A DNA stretch of 64,000 nucleotides, taken from contig CAXNJM010000001.1 in assembly GCA_964202895.1 (NCBI GenBank), forward strand, positions 176,673-240,672. Direction: 5' to 3'. Of this stretch, positions 8,597 to 18,795 are shown piece by piece; positions within the stretch are counted from its first letter, which is position 1, and every line of letters starts with the position of its first letter. The position numbers and the translations under genes were made by a program. The stretch is from Rickettsiales bacterium UBA1997 (lineage in GTDB: Bacteria > Pseudomonadota > Alphaproteobacteria > Rickettsiales > UBA1997). The notes under the pieces were generated by a model. That model saw only the letters and a list, made by a program, of their open reading frames with translations. It had not been told where the DNA came from and searched no databases.

Positions 8597-9604
8597 ATGT
8601 CAAATATTTATAACACTGATATGGTGATAATAGGCTCTGGACCAGTTGGTTTATTTACAATTTTTGAAGCTGGTATGTTAAAAATTAAGTGCCATATTGT
8701 AGATACTCTAGAGGTGATAGGTGGACAATGCTCGGCTCTATATCCAGAAAAACCAATTTACGACATACCTGCTTGCCCTAAAATTTTGGCGAGTGAATTG
8801 ATAGAAAGGCTTGAAGCTCAAGCAGAGCCATTCGACCCAGTTTATCACTTGAATCAAAGAGTGGAAAAACTAATACAAAATTCCGATAAAACATTTACTG
8901 TTGTAACTTCAAAAAATAATGAAATTAATTGCAAGGCTGTTGTTATTGCTGCTGGTTGTGGTGCCTTTGGTCCTCATCGTCCACCGCTTGAAAATATTAG
9001 CGATTTTGAAGGAAAAAGTCTATTTTATTCTGTTCGCTCAAAAGCAGAATTTAAAAATAAAAGAGTTGTAATTGCTGGAGGTGGGGATTCCGCAGTAGAT
9101 TGGGCTTTAAATTTATCAGAAATTGCTGAAAAAATTTTTGTAGTTCATCGTAGAGATAAATTTAGATCTTCGCCAGAAAGCTCTTATCGTTTAAAGAGCC
9201 TTGCTAGTCAAGGTAAAATCGAATTAGTCACTCCTTTTCAGCTTGATGGAATAAATGGAACAGGTGGCATGATAAAAGAAGTTCTTGTAAAAGATTTTGA
9301 TGGTAATATTAAAAAAATAGAAGCAGATTATTTATTGGCATTCTTTGGTTTATCAATGGAGCTTGGTCCAATTGTTGATTGGGGCTTAAATCTTCATAAA
9401 AACTTTATTGAGGTTGAACAATCGACAATGAAAACTTCAATAGAAGGAATTTATGCAGTTGGTGATATAGCTCACTATAAAAATAAATTAAAATTAATTT
9501 TAACTGGCTTCGCTGAATCTGCAAGTGCTTGTCATGATGCTTACAAAGCGGTTTACCCAGATCAAATACTTCATTTTGAATATTCAACTAGTAAAGGAAT
9601 TTAA
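8597..9604 (+). CDS. Thioredoxin-reductase-like ferredoxin-NADP+ reductase
   Basis: 'VIIGSGPVGLF' (FAD), 'GGQCSALYPEKPIYDIP', 'IAGGGDSAVDWA' (NADPH), 'GDIA'. No CxxC redox pair, as in YumC-type FNR. Confidence 0.8.
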   Translation: MSNIYNTDMVIIGSGPVGLFTIFEAGMLKIKCHIVDTLEVIGGQCSALYPEKPIYDIPACPKILASELIERLEAQAEPFDPVYHLNQRVEKLIQNSDKTFTVVTSKNNEINCKAVVIAAGCGAFGPHRPPLENISDFEGKSLFYSVRSKAEFKNKRVVIAGGGDSAVDWALNLSEIAEKIFVVHRRDKFRSSPESSYRLKSLASQGKIELVTPFQLDGINGTGGMIKEVLVKDFDGNIKKIEADYLLAFFGLSMELGPIVDWGLNLHKNFIEVEQSTMKTSIEGIYAVGDIAHYKNKLKLILTGFAESASACHDAYKAVYPDQILHFEYSTSKGI

Positions 9605-9628
9605 ATTAATCAAGCAATAAATAAAAAT

Positions 9629-10429
9629 ATGAAAATCCTTTTTTGTGGAGATGTAGTTGGTAGGTCTGGAAGAAATGCGATTGCAGAAAATATAGAAAAA
9701 ATAAAACAACAACATAAAATTGACTTCACAATTATCAATTGCGACAATGCTTCTGGTGGCTTTGGAATCAATAAAAATACTTACGAAGAATTCATTAAAC
9801 TTGGTGCGGATGTTTTAACGGGAGGAGACCATATTTGGGATCAAAGCGAAATAACTAATTTCATTAATGAGAGTCAATATTTACTAAGACCTCTTAATTT
9901 TCCAAAAAGCACTCCGGGTAATGGAGTGAAAATATTTACCACCAGAGGTCAAAAAAAAATTATGGTAATACATTTGCTTGGACAAGTTTTTATAAAATAT
10001 CAAGTTAACTGTCCGTTTGATGCAGTAAAATCAATAATTGAAAATAATGTTCTAGGAAGAGATGTTGATGCAATTTTCGTTGATTTTCATGCTGAAGCAA
10101 CATCAGAAAAAATGGCACTTGCTAAGTTTTTAGATGGAAAAGTTAGTGCGGTAATTGGTACTCATACCCACATTCCAACTAATGATTGTCATGTTATGAA
10201 ATTTGGAACGGCCTATCAAACTGATGCAGGAATGTGCGGAGATTATGATTCTGTTATCGGAATGGATCAAGATATTCCAATAAAATCTTTTGTTTATAAA
10301 AGAAAATTTGGAAAAATGAAGCCCGCTCAAGGCTCGGGAACATTATGTGGCACTATAGTTGAAATCAATAATGACGGTTTGGCAAAAAGCATATTTCCTA
10401 TAAAAATTGGCGGAATAATAGGGGATTAA
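9629..10429 (+). CDS. ymdB: YmdB-family metallophosphoesterase
   Basis: 'MKILFCGDVVGRSGR', 'GGDHIWD', 'DFHAEATSEK', 'GTHTHIPT'. Confidence 0.8.
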   Translation: MKILFCGDVVGRSGRNAIAENIEKIKQQHKIDFTIINCDNASGGFGINKNTYEEFIKLGADVLTGGDHIWDQSEITNFINESQYLLRPLNFPKSTPGNGVKIFTTRGQKKIMVIHLLGQVFIKYQVNCPFDAVKSIIENNVLGRDVDAIFVDFHAEATSEKMALAKFLDGKVSAVIGTHTHIPTNDCHVMKFGTAYQTDAGMCGDYDSVIGMDQDIPIKSFVYKRKFGKMKPAQGSGTLCGTIVEINNDGLAKSIFPIKIGGIIGD

Positions 10430-10696
10430 TTTTTTGTCTCTTGTTATTTGAATGGTGTTGTAAATTTATTTTATTTAAAATTTAAAAAACTTATTGACTA
10501 ATAAGAAAATAATAATTAAATTTCTGGGAGATTTAATTGCAGAGCTTTTTAGTAGTGTTTTGCTTAGTTTTCTACTTAAAAATAAGAGGTATAAACCCAC
10601 TTTTATACCAAACTTAATGTTTCTGTATTATAAAAATCATTTTATTTTTGTTGTTATTTTTAACAAATTCCTAATTTACTTATATATTTATAAAAA

Positions 10697-11161
10697 ATGT
10701 TTAAAACATATGTAGCAAAGCCTAGTGAAATAACTAGAAAATGGTGGCTTATCGATGCCGAAAATCTCGTGGTGGGCAGATTATCAGCGATAGTAGCAAA
10801 TATAATTCGCGGTAAACATAAAGCGACTTTCACTCCAAACATAGATTGCGGAGATTGTGTAATAATTATAAACGCTGAAAAGGTCAAATTCACAGGGAAG
10901 AAATATGCGAATAAAAAATATTACTGGCATACTGGTCATCCCGGTGGAATCAAAGAAAGAACTGCTAGAGAAATAATCGAAGGAAAATTTCCAGAAAGAA
11001 TAATTGAAAACTCTGTATCGAGAATGATATCTCGTGGTCCACTGCAAAGAGACATAATGACCAAGCTTTATATATACAAAGGCTCAGAGCATAAACATCA
11101 GGCTCAAACTCCACAAAAGCTTGACATAGCTAGTTTAAATCGTAAAAATTCAAATGCTTAA
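10697..11161 (+). CDS. rplM: 50S ribosomal protein L13
   Basis: '[47 protein letters not shown]', '[10 protein letters not shown]'. Confidence 0.95.
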   Translation: MFKTYVAKPSEITRKWWLIDAENLVVGRLSAIVANIIRGKHKATFTPNIDCGDCVIIINAEKVKFTGKKYANKKYYWHTGHPGGIKERTAREIIEGKFPERIIENSVSRMISRGPLQRDIMTKLYIYKGSEHKHQAQTPQKLDIASLNRKNSNA

Positions 11162-11173
11162 AGTTTTATAAAT

Positions 11174-11644
11174 ATGACAATAATAAAAGAAAAAATACTA
11201 GAAATACAATCTAAAAATTCTCCCGAACAAGACAAATATAAACAAAAAATCGATTCTCTTGGCAGGTCTTATGCTACAGGGAAAAGAAAAAATGCGGTTG
11301 CTAAAGTCTGGATAAAAAAAGGCTCTGGTAAAATAACAATAAATAATATGGATGCCAAGCTTTATCTTGGGAGAGAAATATTATTCAACATATCTTGTTA
11401 TCCTTTTGATGCAACTAAAAATACCAACAAATTTGATGTTATAGCTCAAGTTAATGGTGGCGGTAAAAGCGGTCAAGCTGGTGCAGTTGCTCATGGAATC
11501 AGTAAAGCATTGGTTTTATTTGATCCTTCTAATCACCAATTATTAAGAACTGGCGGGTTTTTAACTCGTGATTCTAGGGTTGTTGAAAGGAAAAAATATG
11601 GCCTTAAAAAAGCTCGTAAAGCTCAAACCTACCGTAAACGTTAG
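11174..11644 (+). CDS. rpsI: 30S ribosomal protein S9
   Basis: '[12 protein letters not shown]', '[19 protein letters not shown]', C-terminal '...RKAQTYRKR'. Immediately follows rplM. Confidence 0.95.
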   Translation: MTIIKEKILEIQSKNSPEQDKYKQKIDSLGRSYATGKRKNAVAKVWIKKGSGKITINNMDAKLYLGREILFNISCYPFDATKNTNKFDVIAQVNGGGKSGQAGAVAHGISKALVLFDPSNHQLLRTGGFLTRDSRVVERKKYGLKKARKAQTYRKR

Positions 11645-11654
11645 TTTTATTATT

Positions 11655-11686
11655 AAGATTGAGGCTTTACTTGCCTCAATCTTTTG
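11655..11686 (+). terminator. Rho-independent terminator after rplM-rpsI
   Basis: Perfect 11-bp stem aagattgaggc (11655-11665) / gcctcaatctt (11673-11683) with loop tttactt, running into a T-rich tail. Confidence 0.7.
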
Positions 11687-11784
11687 CAAACCACGAACAA
11701 CTCCACTAATCTTCACCTCACCTAGAGAATTAATTACTCTTTAACCCACACAACATTTTAATTGTTCTAAACTTATATCAAGGT

Positions 11785-11813
11785 TTGACAATTAAAAAAT
11801 TAAGTGAAATAAT
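11785..11813 (+). promoter_or_regulatory. Sigma70-like promoter candidate upstream of ybaB
   Basis: TTGACA (11785-11790), a 17-nt spacer, then AATAAT (11808-11813), about 45 nt before the ybaB ATG. Such matches can arise by chance in AT-rich DNA. Confidence 0.35.
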
Positions 11814-11857
11814 AACTCTCTTTTTTATTATTTAATTTATCAAGAAACTAAAAGGAT

Positions 11858-12172
11858 ATGGATATAAAATCTTTAATGCGTCAAGCACAAGAAATGCAAA
11901 AAAAAATGCAACAAGCTCAAGAAGATCTTGCAAAAACTGAATTTGAGGGTAGCTCTGGTGGCGGAATGATAAAAATTACTATTAGTGGAGATATGAATGC
12001 AAAAAGAATAGAGATAGACGAATCTTTGTTAAATAAAGCAGAAAAAGACATTCTTGAAGACTTAATAATTGTTGCCTTTAATGAGGCAAAGAAAAAAGCT
12101 GAAGAAGATTCAGCAAATTCAATGAAATCTATCACCAACGGAGTTTCTCTTCCCTCTGGTTTTAAATTATAG
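11858..12172 (+). CDS. ybaB: Nucleoid-associated protein YbaB/EbfC
   Basis: 104 aa. 'LMRQAQEMQKKMQQAQEDLAK.EFEGSSGGGMIKITISGD...IEID' matches the YbaB family pattern. Confidence 0.85.
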   Translation: MDIKSLMRQAQEMQKKMQQAQEDLAKTEFEGSSGGGMIKITISGDMNAKRIEIDESLLNKAEKDILEDLIIVAFNEAKKKAEEDSANSMKSITNGVSLPSGFKL

Positions 12173-12183
12173 GAAATTTAAAA

Positions 12184-12837
12184 ATGAAAGTAAAATTATG
12201 TGGCTTTAAAACTCAGGAATCAATTGCTTCTGCTGTAAAAAAGCATGCAAATTACATAGGATTTGTCTTTTGTCCTGAATCGCCTAGATATATTGAGCCA
12301 GATTTGGCTTTCAAATTATCTAAAGCTATACCTGCAACAATTGATAAGGTTGCAGTTTTTGCAGATATTGATTTAACGATTATAAAAAAAGTTTATAAAA
12401 CTCTAAAGCCTCAATACTTTCAATTTCACGGTAAAGAAACAGTTGGTTTTTTGGAAAAAATTCAAGAAATTTTTCCAAATGTAAAAATTATTAAAGCATT
12501 TCAAATATCTTCTTTTTCAGATTTAAGAAATGTTCATAAATTTCAAAAATGTTGTGATGCCTATCTTTTTGATAGTAAGCCTTTAAAGGGTTCTCCTAGA
12601 ACTATATCAGGAGGTTCTGGTAGAAGTTTTGATTGGAGAATACTTTCAAGTCTTCGTTCAAGAAAGCCTTGGTTTTTAGCTGGTGGAATTAATATAAAAA
12701 ATATTGATGATGCTTTAAAAATAACTGGAGCAACAATGGTCGACATCTCCTCTGGTGTCGAAGTAGAAAAGGGAGTTAAGTCATTAGAAATGATAGAAAG
12801 TTTGATGGATAAAATTCACAATGCTAACCAAAATTAG
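12184..12837 (+). CDS. trpF: N-(5'-phosphoribosyl)anthranilate isomerase
   Basis: 'MKVKLCGFKT...ANYIGFVFCPESPRYI', 'QFHG', 'LAGGINIKN', 'VDISSGVE'. Confidence 0.75.
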   Translation: MKVKLCGFKTQESIASAVKKHANYIGFVFCPESPRYIEPDLAFKLSKAIPATIDKVAVFADIDLTIIKKVYKTLKPQYFQFHGKETVGFLEKIQEIFPNVKIIKAFQISSFSDLRNVHKFQKCCDAYLFDSKPLKGSPRTISGGSGRSFDWRILSSLRSRKPWFLAGGINIKNIDDALKITGATMVDISSGVEVEKGVKSLEMIESLMDKIHNANQN

Positions 12838-14836
12838 AAACATCCTACTTGGAAAACCTCGCGATCCCTTTGATCGTCAAACTCGACACAGCATTTCTTT
12901 AATAGCATTTCTGGCTTGGATAGGTCTTGGTGCTGATGGCATTTCTTCTTCTTGTTATGGTCCTGAAGAAGCATTTTTAGCACTCGGAAAATATAATTCT
13001 CTTGCTATTTATCTTGCGATTGCAACCGCTATAACTGTTTTTATAATCTCTTATGCCTACACTCAAGTAATTGAAATATTTCCAAATGGTGGTGGAGGTT
13101 ATAGGGTTGCGAGCCGTTTACTCGGTAAATATTCAGGATTAGTTTCTGGATCTGCATTAATAGTCGATTATGTCTTAACTATCGCAATTTCTGTTGCAAG
13201 TGGAATAGATGCTATTTTTAGCTTTCTACCAAGTCAAATTCATCAATTTAAACTAATAATTGAAATATTTTTAATATTAATGCTTGCATTTCTTAATTTA
13301 AGAGGAATGAAAGAGTCGATAAAGTTTTTGATGCCTATTTTTATAGGATTTATAATTACTCATATTTTAATCATTATCTACGGAATATTGAGTCATCGCA
13401 CAGGAATAAACGAACTTATTCCTACTGCAAATAAAGCATCTTCTGAAATAACTAATTCTGCTGGAGTGATTTTTTTAATATCACTATTCCTCAAAGCTTT
13501 TTCAATGGGTGGGGGAACTTATACCGGATTGGAAGCGGTTTCAAATAATGTTCACACTCTTGCTGAGCCAAGAATTAAAACTGCCAAAATAACAATGTTT
13601 ATGGTTGCTATCTCTCTAGCATTTATGGCAGCGGGAATAATAATTATTTATTTATTGTGGGGAGTGCAAAAAATTGATGGTCAAACTTTAAATGCCACAG
13701 TTTTCTATAATATAACAAAAGATTGGCAAATTGCAGGCTTTAACATTAGTGGTTTTTTTGTTCCAATAGTATTGATATTTGAAGCTGGCTTGCTAGTCGT
13801 TGCTGCTAATTCAGGTTTTTTAGCTGGTCCAAATGTTGTTGCTAATATGGCTCATGATGAATGGATGCCTAAGTTTCTTAGTTCTTTATCTAGTCGTCTA
13901 GTTGTCAAAAATGGTATATTATTTATGGCGATTTCATCAATTATAACATTGTTAATTACTAACGGTACCGTGCATTTGCTTGTTGTGCTTTATTCTATTA
14001 ATGTTTTTATAACTTTCTCAATGTCTTTATTGGGGTTAACAATATATTGGTTTCGTCACAAGAAAAAAGATGGCTGGATGAGTAAAATGATGGTTGCTAT
14101 ACTTGGTTTTATCGTTTGTTTTGGAATCTTAATAATTACTATTTTTGAAAAATTCTTTCAAGGAGGGTGGATAACTCTTCTAATTACTTCGTTATTCATA
14201 TTTATTGGACTTATGATTAAAAAGTCATATGCAAAACTAAAAATTGCACTTCAAAATAACGAAATGAAATTCGCTTGTTATGAATCTATTTGCGATAGTT
14301 CGGAAATTAATAATTATGGAAATCGAAATGCTCTTACGGCCGCAATAATACTAGAGCAAAATTTTAGTAGTGGTATGAACTCGATATTGCAAATCAACAA
14401 GTTATTTCCTAATATTTTTAATAATTTTGTTTTTGTAACCGTTGGGGAATTAGATGCTAATACTTTTAGAGAAGAGCATAGATGGCAAGATATGAAGCTT
14501 AAAACTAAAAATATATTAAGAAAATATCGAAATTATTGCCATGCAAATTATCATTTTGCTAGATCTTATGTTGGTTATAGCACCGACCCTATTGAAAAGC
14601 TAACTCAACTTGCTGATAGAGTAAAAAAGGATTACCCTAATACTGTGTTTTTTGGAACAAAATTTATTTTTGAGAATGAAAATATTTTTACTCAGATACT
14701 TTATAATCACATTCCAGACATAATTCAAAGAAAGCTTCATAATAAAGGAATGCAAATGGTTGTTTTGCCGATGCAAATTAATCATAAAAACTTACTAGCA
14801 AAACCAAGATTAAGCAATGTCTCAAAATATAATTGA
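12821..14836 (+). CDS. APC-superfamily permease with a cytoplasmic C-terminal extension
   Basis: 671 aa. N-terminal 'LLGKPRDPFD...H.ISLIAFLAWIGLGADGISSSCYGPEEAF' followed by ~12 hydrophobic segments, then a ~200-aa soluble tail. Overlaps the trpF end by 17 nt. Confidence 0.6.
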   Translation: MLTKIRNILLGKPRDPFDRQTRHSISLIAFLAWIGLGADGISSSCYGPEEAFLALGKYNSLAIYLAIATAITVFIISYAYTQVIEIFPNGGGGYRVASRLLGKYSGLVSGSALIVDYVLTIAISVASGIDAIFSFLPSQIHQFKLIIEIFLILMLAFLNLRGMKESIKFLMPIFIGFIITHILIIIYGILSHRTGINELIPTANKASSEITNSAGVIFLISLFLKAFSMGGGTYTGLEAVSNNVHTLAEPRIKTAKITMFMVAISLAFMAAGIIIIYLLWGVQKIDGQTLNATVFYNITKDWQIAGFNISGFFVPIVLIFEAGLLVVAANSGFLAGPNVVANMAHDEWMPKFLSSLSSRLVVKNGILFMAISSIITLLITNGTVHLLVVLYSINVFITFSMSLLGLTIYWFRHKKKDGWMSKMMVAILGFIVCFGILIITIFEKFFQGGWITLLITSLFIFIGLMIKKSYAKLKIALQNNEMKFACYESICDSSEINNYGNRNALTAAIILEQNFSSGMNSILQINKLFPNIFNNFVFVTVGELDANTFREEHRWQDMKLKTKNILRKYRNYCHANYHFARSYVGYSTDPIEKLTQLADRVKKDYPNTVFFGTKFIFENENIFTQILYNHIPDIIQRKLHNKGMQMVVLPMQINHKNLLAKPRLSNVSKYN

Positions 14837-15416
14837 TCATTTAACTCAAATGCTTGCTAAAATGCCTAATATGGGTCCAAAAATGGCAAGAAGGTTAGTT
14901 TTGCACCTTGCCCAAAACAAGGAGTCAAAATTAGAGCCTTTGATTGCATGTCTTAACACTATAAAAGAAGATATCCATCAATGTAATTTATGTGGAAATA
15001 TTGATGAGGGGCATATTTGCAAAATATGCAATAATCAAGATCGTGATAATTCAGTTATTTGTATCGTTGAACAGGTTGCTGATTTATGGGCAATTGAAAG
15101 ATCAAAGAATTATCAAGGTCTTTACCATATATTGGGCGGTAATTTATCTGCTGTTTCTGGCAAAACTTTTGAAGATCTTAATCTTATAAAATTATATCAT
15201 CGAATTGAGCATAATAAAAACCTTAAAGAAGTTATAATCGCAACTAGTGCCACGATTGATGGGCAAACCACCGCTTATTTTATTGCTGAGAATTTAAAGC
15301 AATTCTCTATATCTGTAACTCGCTTAACACACGGAATACCGATTGGTAGTGAGTTAGATTATCTAGATGATGGAACCATATCAATCGCCCTAAAAACTCG
15401 CAGTAACTTTAAATAG
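14817..15416 (+). CDS. recR: Recombination protein RecR
   Basis: 'MPNMGPKMARRLVLHL' helix-hairpin-helix, 'CNLCGNIDEGHICKIC' zinc finger, and a Toprim region 'ICIVEQVADLWAIE'. Confidence 0.9.
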   Translation: MSQNIIDHLTQMLAKMPNMGPKMARRLVLHLAQNKESKLEPLIACLNTIKEDIHQCNLCGNIDEGHICKICNNQDRDNSVICIVEQVADLWAIERSKNYQGLYHILGGNLSAVSGKTFEDLNLIKLYHRIEHNKNLKEVIIATSATIDGQTTAYFIAENLKQFSISVTRLTHGIPIGSELDYLDDGTISIALKTRSNFK

Positions 15417-15475
15417 GCTTAACTATAATCTATTTAGATCCATAATCTCTTCATCCTATAATCGATAGTGCAAAA

Positions 15476-16306
15476 ATGAAAACAAAAATTGTTGGTATTT
15501 TAAATATTACTCCCGATTCATTTTCTGATGGCGGTCGTTTTAATAGCCTAGAATCCGCCTCAAATCAATTGATTAAAGTTTTAAATGAAGGGGCTAAAAT
15601 GATTGATATTGGTGCCGAATCCACAAGACCAAATGCAATAAAAATAAATTCTCAAGAAGAGTGGAGTAGGTTGGAGTTAATTTTGCCTCATTTGATTAAA
15701 ATTGTTCGTAATTTTAATCAAAATAAAAATTTTGATGAAGAGGAAAAGGTGTTAATTAGTCTCGACTCTTATCATTTTGATAATTTATATCTTGCCTATC
15801 AATTGGGAGTTGATGTTATTAACGATGTTAGTGGTTTAGAAGATAAGAGAACAGTTGATTTTATTGCATCAAAACAAATTAAAACAATTTTAATGCATAA
15901 TCAAGAAATTAAATTTAACGATGAGATATTGATAAATAGACATCTAGGCCTTACTAATAAAATTATCAATTGGGCAAGTGACAAAATTTTACAACTTGAA
16001 AATTTAGGATTAAAAAGAGATAAAATAATTTTTGACCCCGGAATAGGTTTCAACAAAGATGCCTTTGCATCGATTAGAATATTGAAAGAAATAGATTGTT
16101 TTAGGGTTTTGAATGTTCCATTATATGTGGGACATTCAAGAAAAAGCTTTCTAGAGCAAATTAATTTAAAGGATGAAAATAATCAAGCTCTAGATCGCGA
16201 TCAAAAAACTATTTTAGTTTCGCAATTTTTAGCTAGAAAAAATATTGAATATTTAAGAGTTCACGATATTTATAAAAACTTTATCGCAGTCGATAATATT
16301 TGCTAA
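15476..16306 (+). CDS. folP: Dihydropteroate synthase
   Basis: 'GILNITPDSFSDGG', 'MIDIGAESTRP', 'INDVSG', 'DPGIGF', 'GHSRKSF'. Confidence 0.85.
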   Translation: MKTKIVGILNITPDSFSDGGRFNSLESASNQLIKVLNEGAKMIDIGAESTRPNAIKINSQEEWSRLELILPHLIKIVRNFNQNKNFDEEEKVLISLDSYHFDNLYLAYQLGVDVINDVSGLEDKRTVDFIASKQIKTILMHNQEIKFNDEILINRHLGLTNKIINWASDKILQLENLGLKRDKIIFDPGIGFNKDAFASIRILKEIDCFRVLNVPLYVGHSRKSFLEQINLKDENNQALDRDQKTILVSQFLARKNIEYLRVHDIYKNFIAVDNIC

Positions 16307-16355
16307 TTTTTTAAGAAAAATAGCTAGAGAATGCTTTAATTTACAGAATGTAATT

Positions 16356-17492
16356 TTATTTAAAAAATTCTGATATTTTTTGAAAAAAACTTTCTGTTTT
16401 AGGATTATTTGCTTTATTTTGCATTAATTTGTCCAGTTTTTCAAGTAATTCTCTTTCTTCGTCGGATAATTTTACGGGAGTTTCAATGTTAACTCTGATA
16501 TACATGTCTCCCCTTCTACCGCCTGAATTCATTACAGACATACCCTTTGATTTTAATCTTAATTGATCGCTATTTTGAGTTCCTTCTTTTATGGTTACTT
16601 TTGCCTTACTGCCATCTATTGTTGGGATTTCTATTTCTCCACCTAATGATGCGGTGGTGAATCTCATTTGCACATCAAAATATATGTCATCCCCTTTTCT
16701 GGTAAAGAATGGGTGATTGCGGATAGTTATGAAAATGAATAAATCTCCTGATTGACCACCTCTAAGACCAGCTTCTCCCTCGTTGCTAATTTTTATTCTT
16801 GATTCTTCTTCTACTCCGGCAGGAATTTTAACTGATAATGTTTTGTTGCGACTTACCCTGCCTTCGCCATTGCAATTTTTGCAAGGATTTTTAATGATTT
16901 GTCCAGACCCATTACAAGAGGTGCATGCTCTTTCAACAATAAAAAAACCTTGTTGAGCGCGAACTTTTCCATGACCGTTGCAAGTTGTGCAACTGCTAGC
17001 TTTTTCATTATTTTTTGCCCCACTTCCGTTACAAACATCGCATTTACAAGGAATGTTAAATGATATTTCGGTGTTGGTGCCATTAAAAGCTTCTTCAAGA
17101 GAAACGGCAAGATTGTATCTGATGTCAGAACCTCGTTGAGAAGAGCTCTTTTTTCTGCCTCCAGAGTTTCTTTCGCCAAATATATCGGAAAAATTACTAA
17201 AAATATCATTGAAATCGAAACCGCCATCGAAACCACCATTTCCGCTTTGTTGTCCGCCGTAGCCATTATTAGCTTGATGCCCATAGCGATCATAGCCCGC
17301 TCTTTTTTGTTCGTCTTTTAGTGTCTCGTAGGCTTCTGATGCTTCTTTAAAATTAGCTTCAGCTTTTTTGTCTCCGGGGTTGCGATCGGGGTGATATTGC
17401 ATTGCTAGTTTGCGATAAGATTTTTTAATCTCATCCGCGGAAGCATTTTTATTTACTCCTAATATTTCGTAGTAATCTCGTTTTTCGCTCAT
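16356..17492 (-). CDS. dnaJ: Chaperone DnaJ
   Basis: J domain 'DYYEILGV...YHPDRNPGD', a G/F-rich linker, and four CxxCxGxG zinc-finger repeats. Confidence 0.95.
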   Translation of the reverse strand: MSEKRDYYEILGVNKNASADEIKKSYRKLAMQYHPDRNPGDKKAEANFKEASEAYETLKDEQKRAGYDRYGHQANNGYGGQQSGNGGFDGGFDFNDIFSNFSDIFGERNSGGRKKSSSQRGSDIRYNLAVSLEEAFNGTNTEISFNIPCKCDVCNGSGAKNNEKASSCTTCNGHGKVRAQQGFFIVERACTSCNGSGQIIKNPCKNCNGEGRVSRNKTLSVKIPAGVEEESRIKISNEGEAGLRGGQSGDLFIFITIRNHPFFTRKGDDIYFDVQMRFTTASLGGEIEIPTIDGSKAKVTIKEGTQNSDQLRLKSKGMSVMNSGGRRGDMYIRVNIETPVKLSDEERELLEKLDKLMQNKANNPKTESFFQKISEFFK

Positions 17493-17739
17493 AATTTTGA
17501 ATTAAATTTATAAAAATAAAATATTTTTATAGATATTGATTTTATTGTTTTTTTCAAGGAAAATATCTTAAAAAAGCTTAAATTTTTAACAAAATATTGA
17601 TATTTATTTAAAATATTCGTTATTAATCAATATGAAGGTGAATTTTAATTATTTTAAATAGATTTAGACCTCTTATTGGCCGAGAATGCTACTGCATTAT
17701 TTATTTAAAATCAATATTTAAAATCAATAATAAATTAAA

Positions 17740-18579
17740 TTGATGAAACAAAAACCTAATCAAAATTTTTCTCGTTATAGTAAAAACTATCATAAATTGG
17801 CTAAAATTCAACATCTAGTGGCTAAAAAATTAATTGAATTTGCCAATCCTTTTTTGCAAGAAAAATTTGCCAAAAATAGCAGTCATTTGCCAAATATCAT
17901 TGATCTTGGTTGTGGAACTGGCTTTGTTAAGCAAGAATTTTTTAATATTTTTTATAACAATATTACAGCTAATTTTTATGAAGTTGATTTGTCTTTGGAA
18001 ATGCTTAAAAATAATGTTAATGATAAATTATCAAATAATTTATTTACAAAAATTAATGCCGATATTAAAAAATTGCCATTTAAGAATAATAGCTTTGATG
18101 TAATATTTTCAAGCTTTGCTTTGCAGTGGCTAGAGAAATATGAAGTGATTTTTGATAATTTTGCAAAAATACTAAAAAATCATAAAAATTTTCAAGAGGG
18201 TGGGTTATTAATTGTAGCTTTTCCAACCACGGGAAGTCTGCAAGAGTTAAAATTAGCAAATATTGCGAGTGATTGTAATTTTGATTTCTTAAATTTTCCA
18301 GAAAAGCATAATATATTGCTAAACCTAGAAAAAGCTGGCTTCAAACCCTTATTTGATTATGAGCAAATTATTGATCAAAATTTTTCTAGCGGTACCGAGG
18401 CTTTAAAATCAATTAAAGATATCGGAGCTAATTATGCTAATGCAGGCAACATTATTAATAAAAATAAACTCAAAAAATTTAATCAATTTTTATATGAAAA
18501 TTTTAGTGATATAAAATTAAACACCTCTTTTACAAAAATTTCTTGGAATGTTGCTTATATTATTGCTAAAATTAAATGA
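17740..18579 (+). CDS. Class I SAM-dependent methyltransferase, BioC-like
   Basis: 'YHKLAKIQHLVAKKLIEF', 'IIDLGCGTGF', 'FDVIFSSFALQW'. The architecture resembles malonyl-ACP O-methyltransferase. The called start is TTG. Confidence 0.55.
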   Translation: MMKQKPNQNFSRYSKNYHKLAKIQHLVAKKLIEFANPFLQEKFAKNSSHLPNIIDLGCGTGFVKQEFFNIFYNNITANFYEVDLSLEMLKNNVNDKLSNNLFTKINADIKKLPFKNNSFDVIFSSFALQWLEKYEVIFDNFAKILKNHKNFQEGGLLIVAFPTTGSLQELKLANIASDCNFDFLNFPEKHNILLNLEKAGFKPLFDYEQIIDQNFSSGTEALKSIKDIGANYANAGNIINKNKLKKFNQFLYENFSDIKLNTSFTKISWNVAYIIAKIK

Positions 18580-18599
18580 TAAAACTAAATAAAATTATT

Positions 18600-18628
18600 T
18601 TGACTTTAAATTTACTCTTAGCTATATT
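18600..18628 (+). promoter_or_regulatory. Sigma70-like promoter candidate upstream of gyrA
   Basis: TTGACT (18600-18605), a 17-nt spacer, then TATATT (18623-18628), about 170 nt before the gyrA ATG. Confidence 0.35.
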
Positions 18629-18795
18629 CTGTAATTAATAAAAAAGTGCTTTTTTGCAAGCGATACCAATTTTCATTTAAATAACTAACTTACTAATAAA
18701 AAGCTATTAAATTTAATAGTTTTTAATGTTTTATATAAATTAGAATCCATTATTAAAAAGCCTTATACTAACTTGATAAAAATAAAAACCGCTAA

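Noticed and set aside
10494-10715. 73-aa ORF in the rplM upstream spacer
   Set aside because: It has a TTG start, overlaps the rplM start, and gives an I/F/K/L low-complexity product. It is more likely non-coding leader or promoter DNA.
16853-17293. 146-aa minus-strand ORF inside dnaJ
   Set aside because: It is an alternative frame of the dnaJ Gly/Cys-rich region. dnaJ motifs fully explain the locus.
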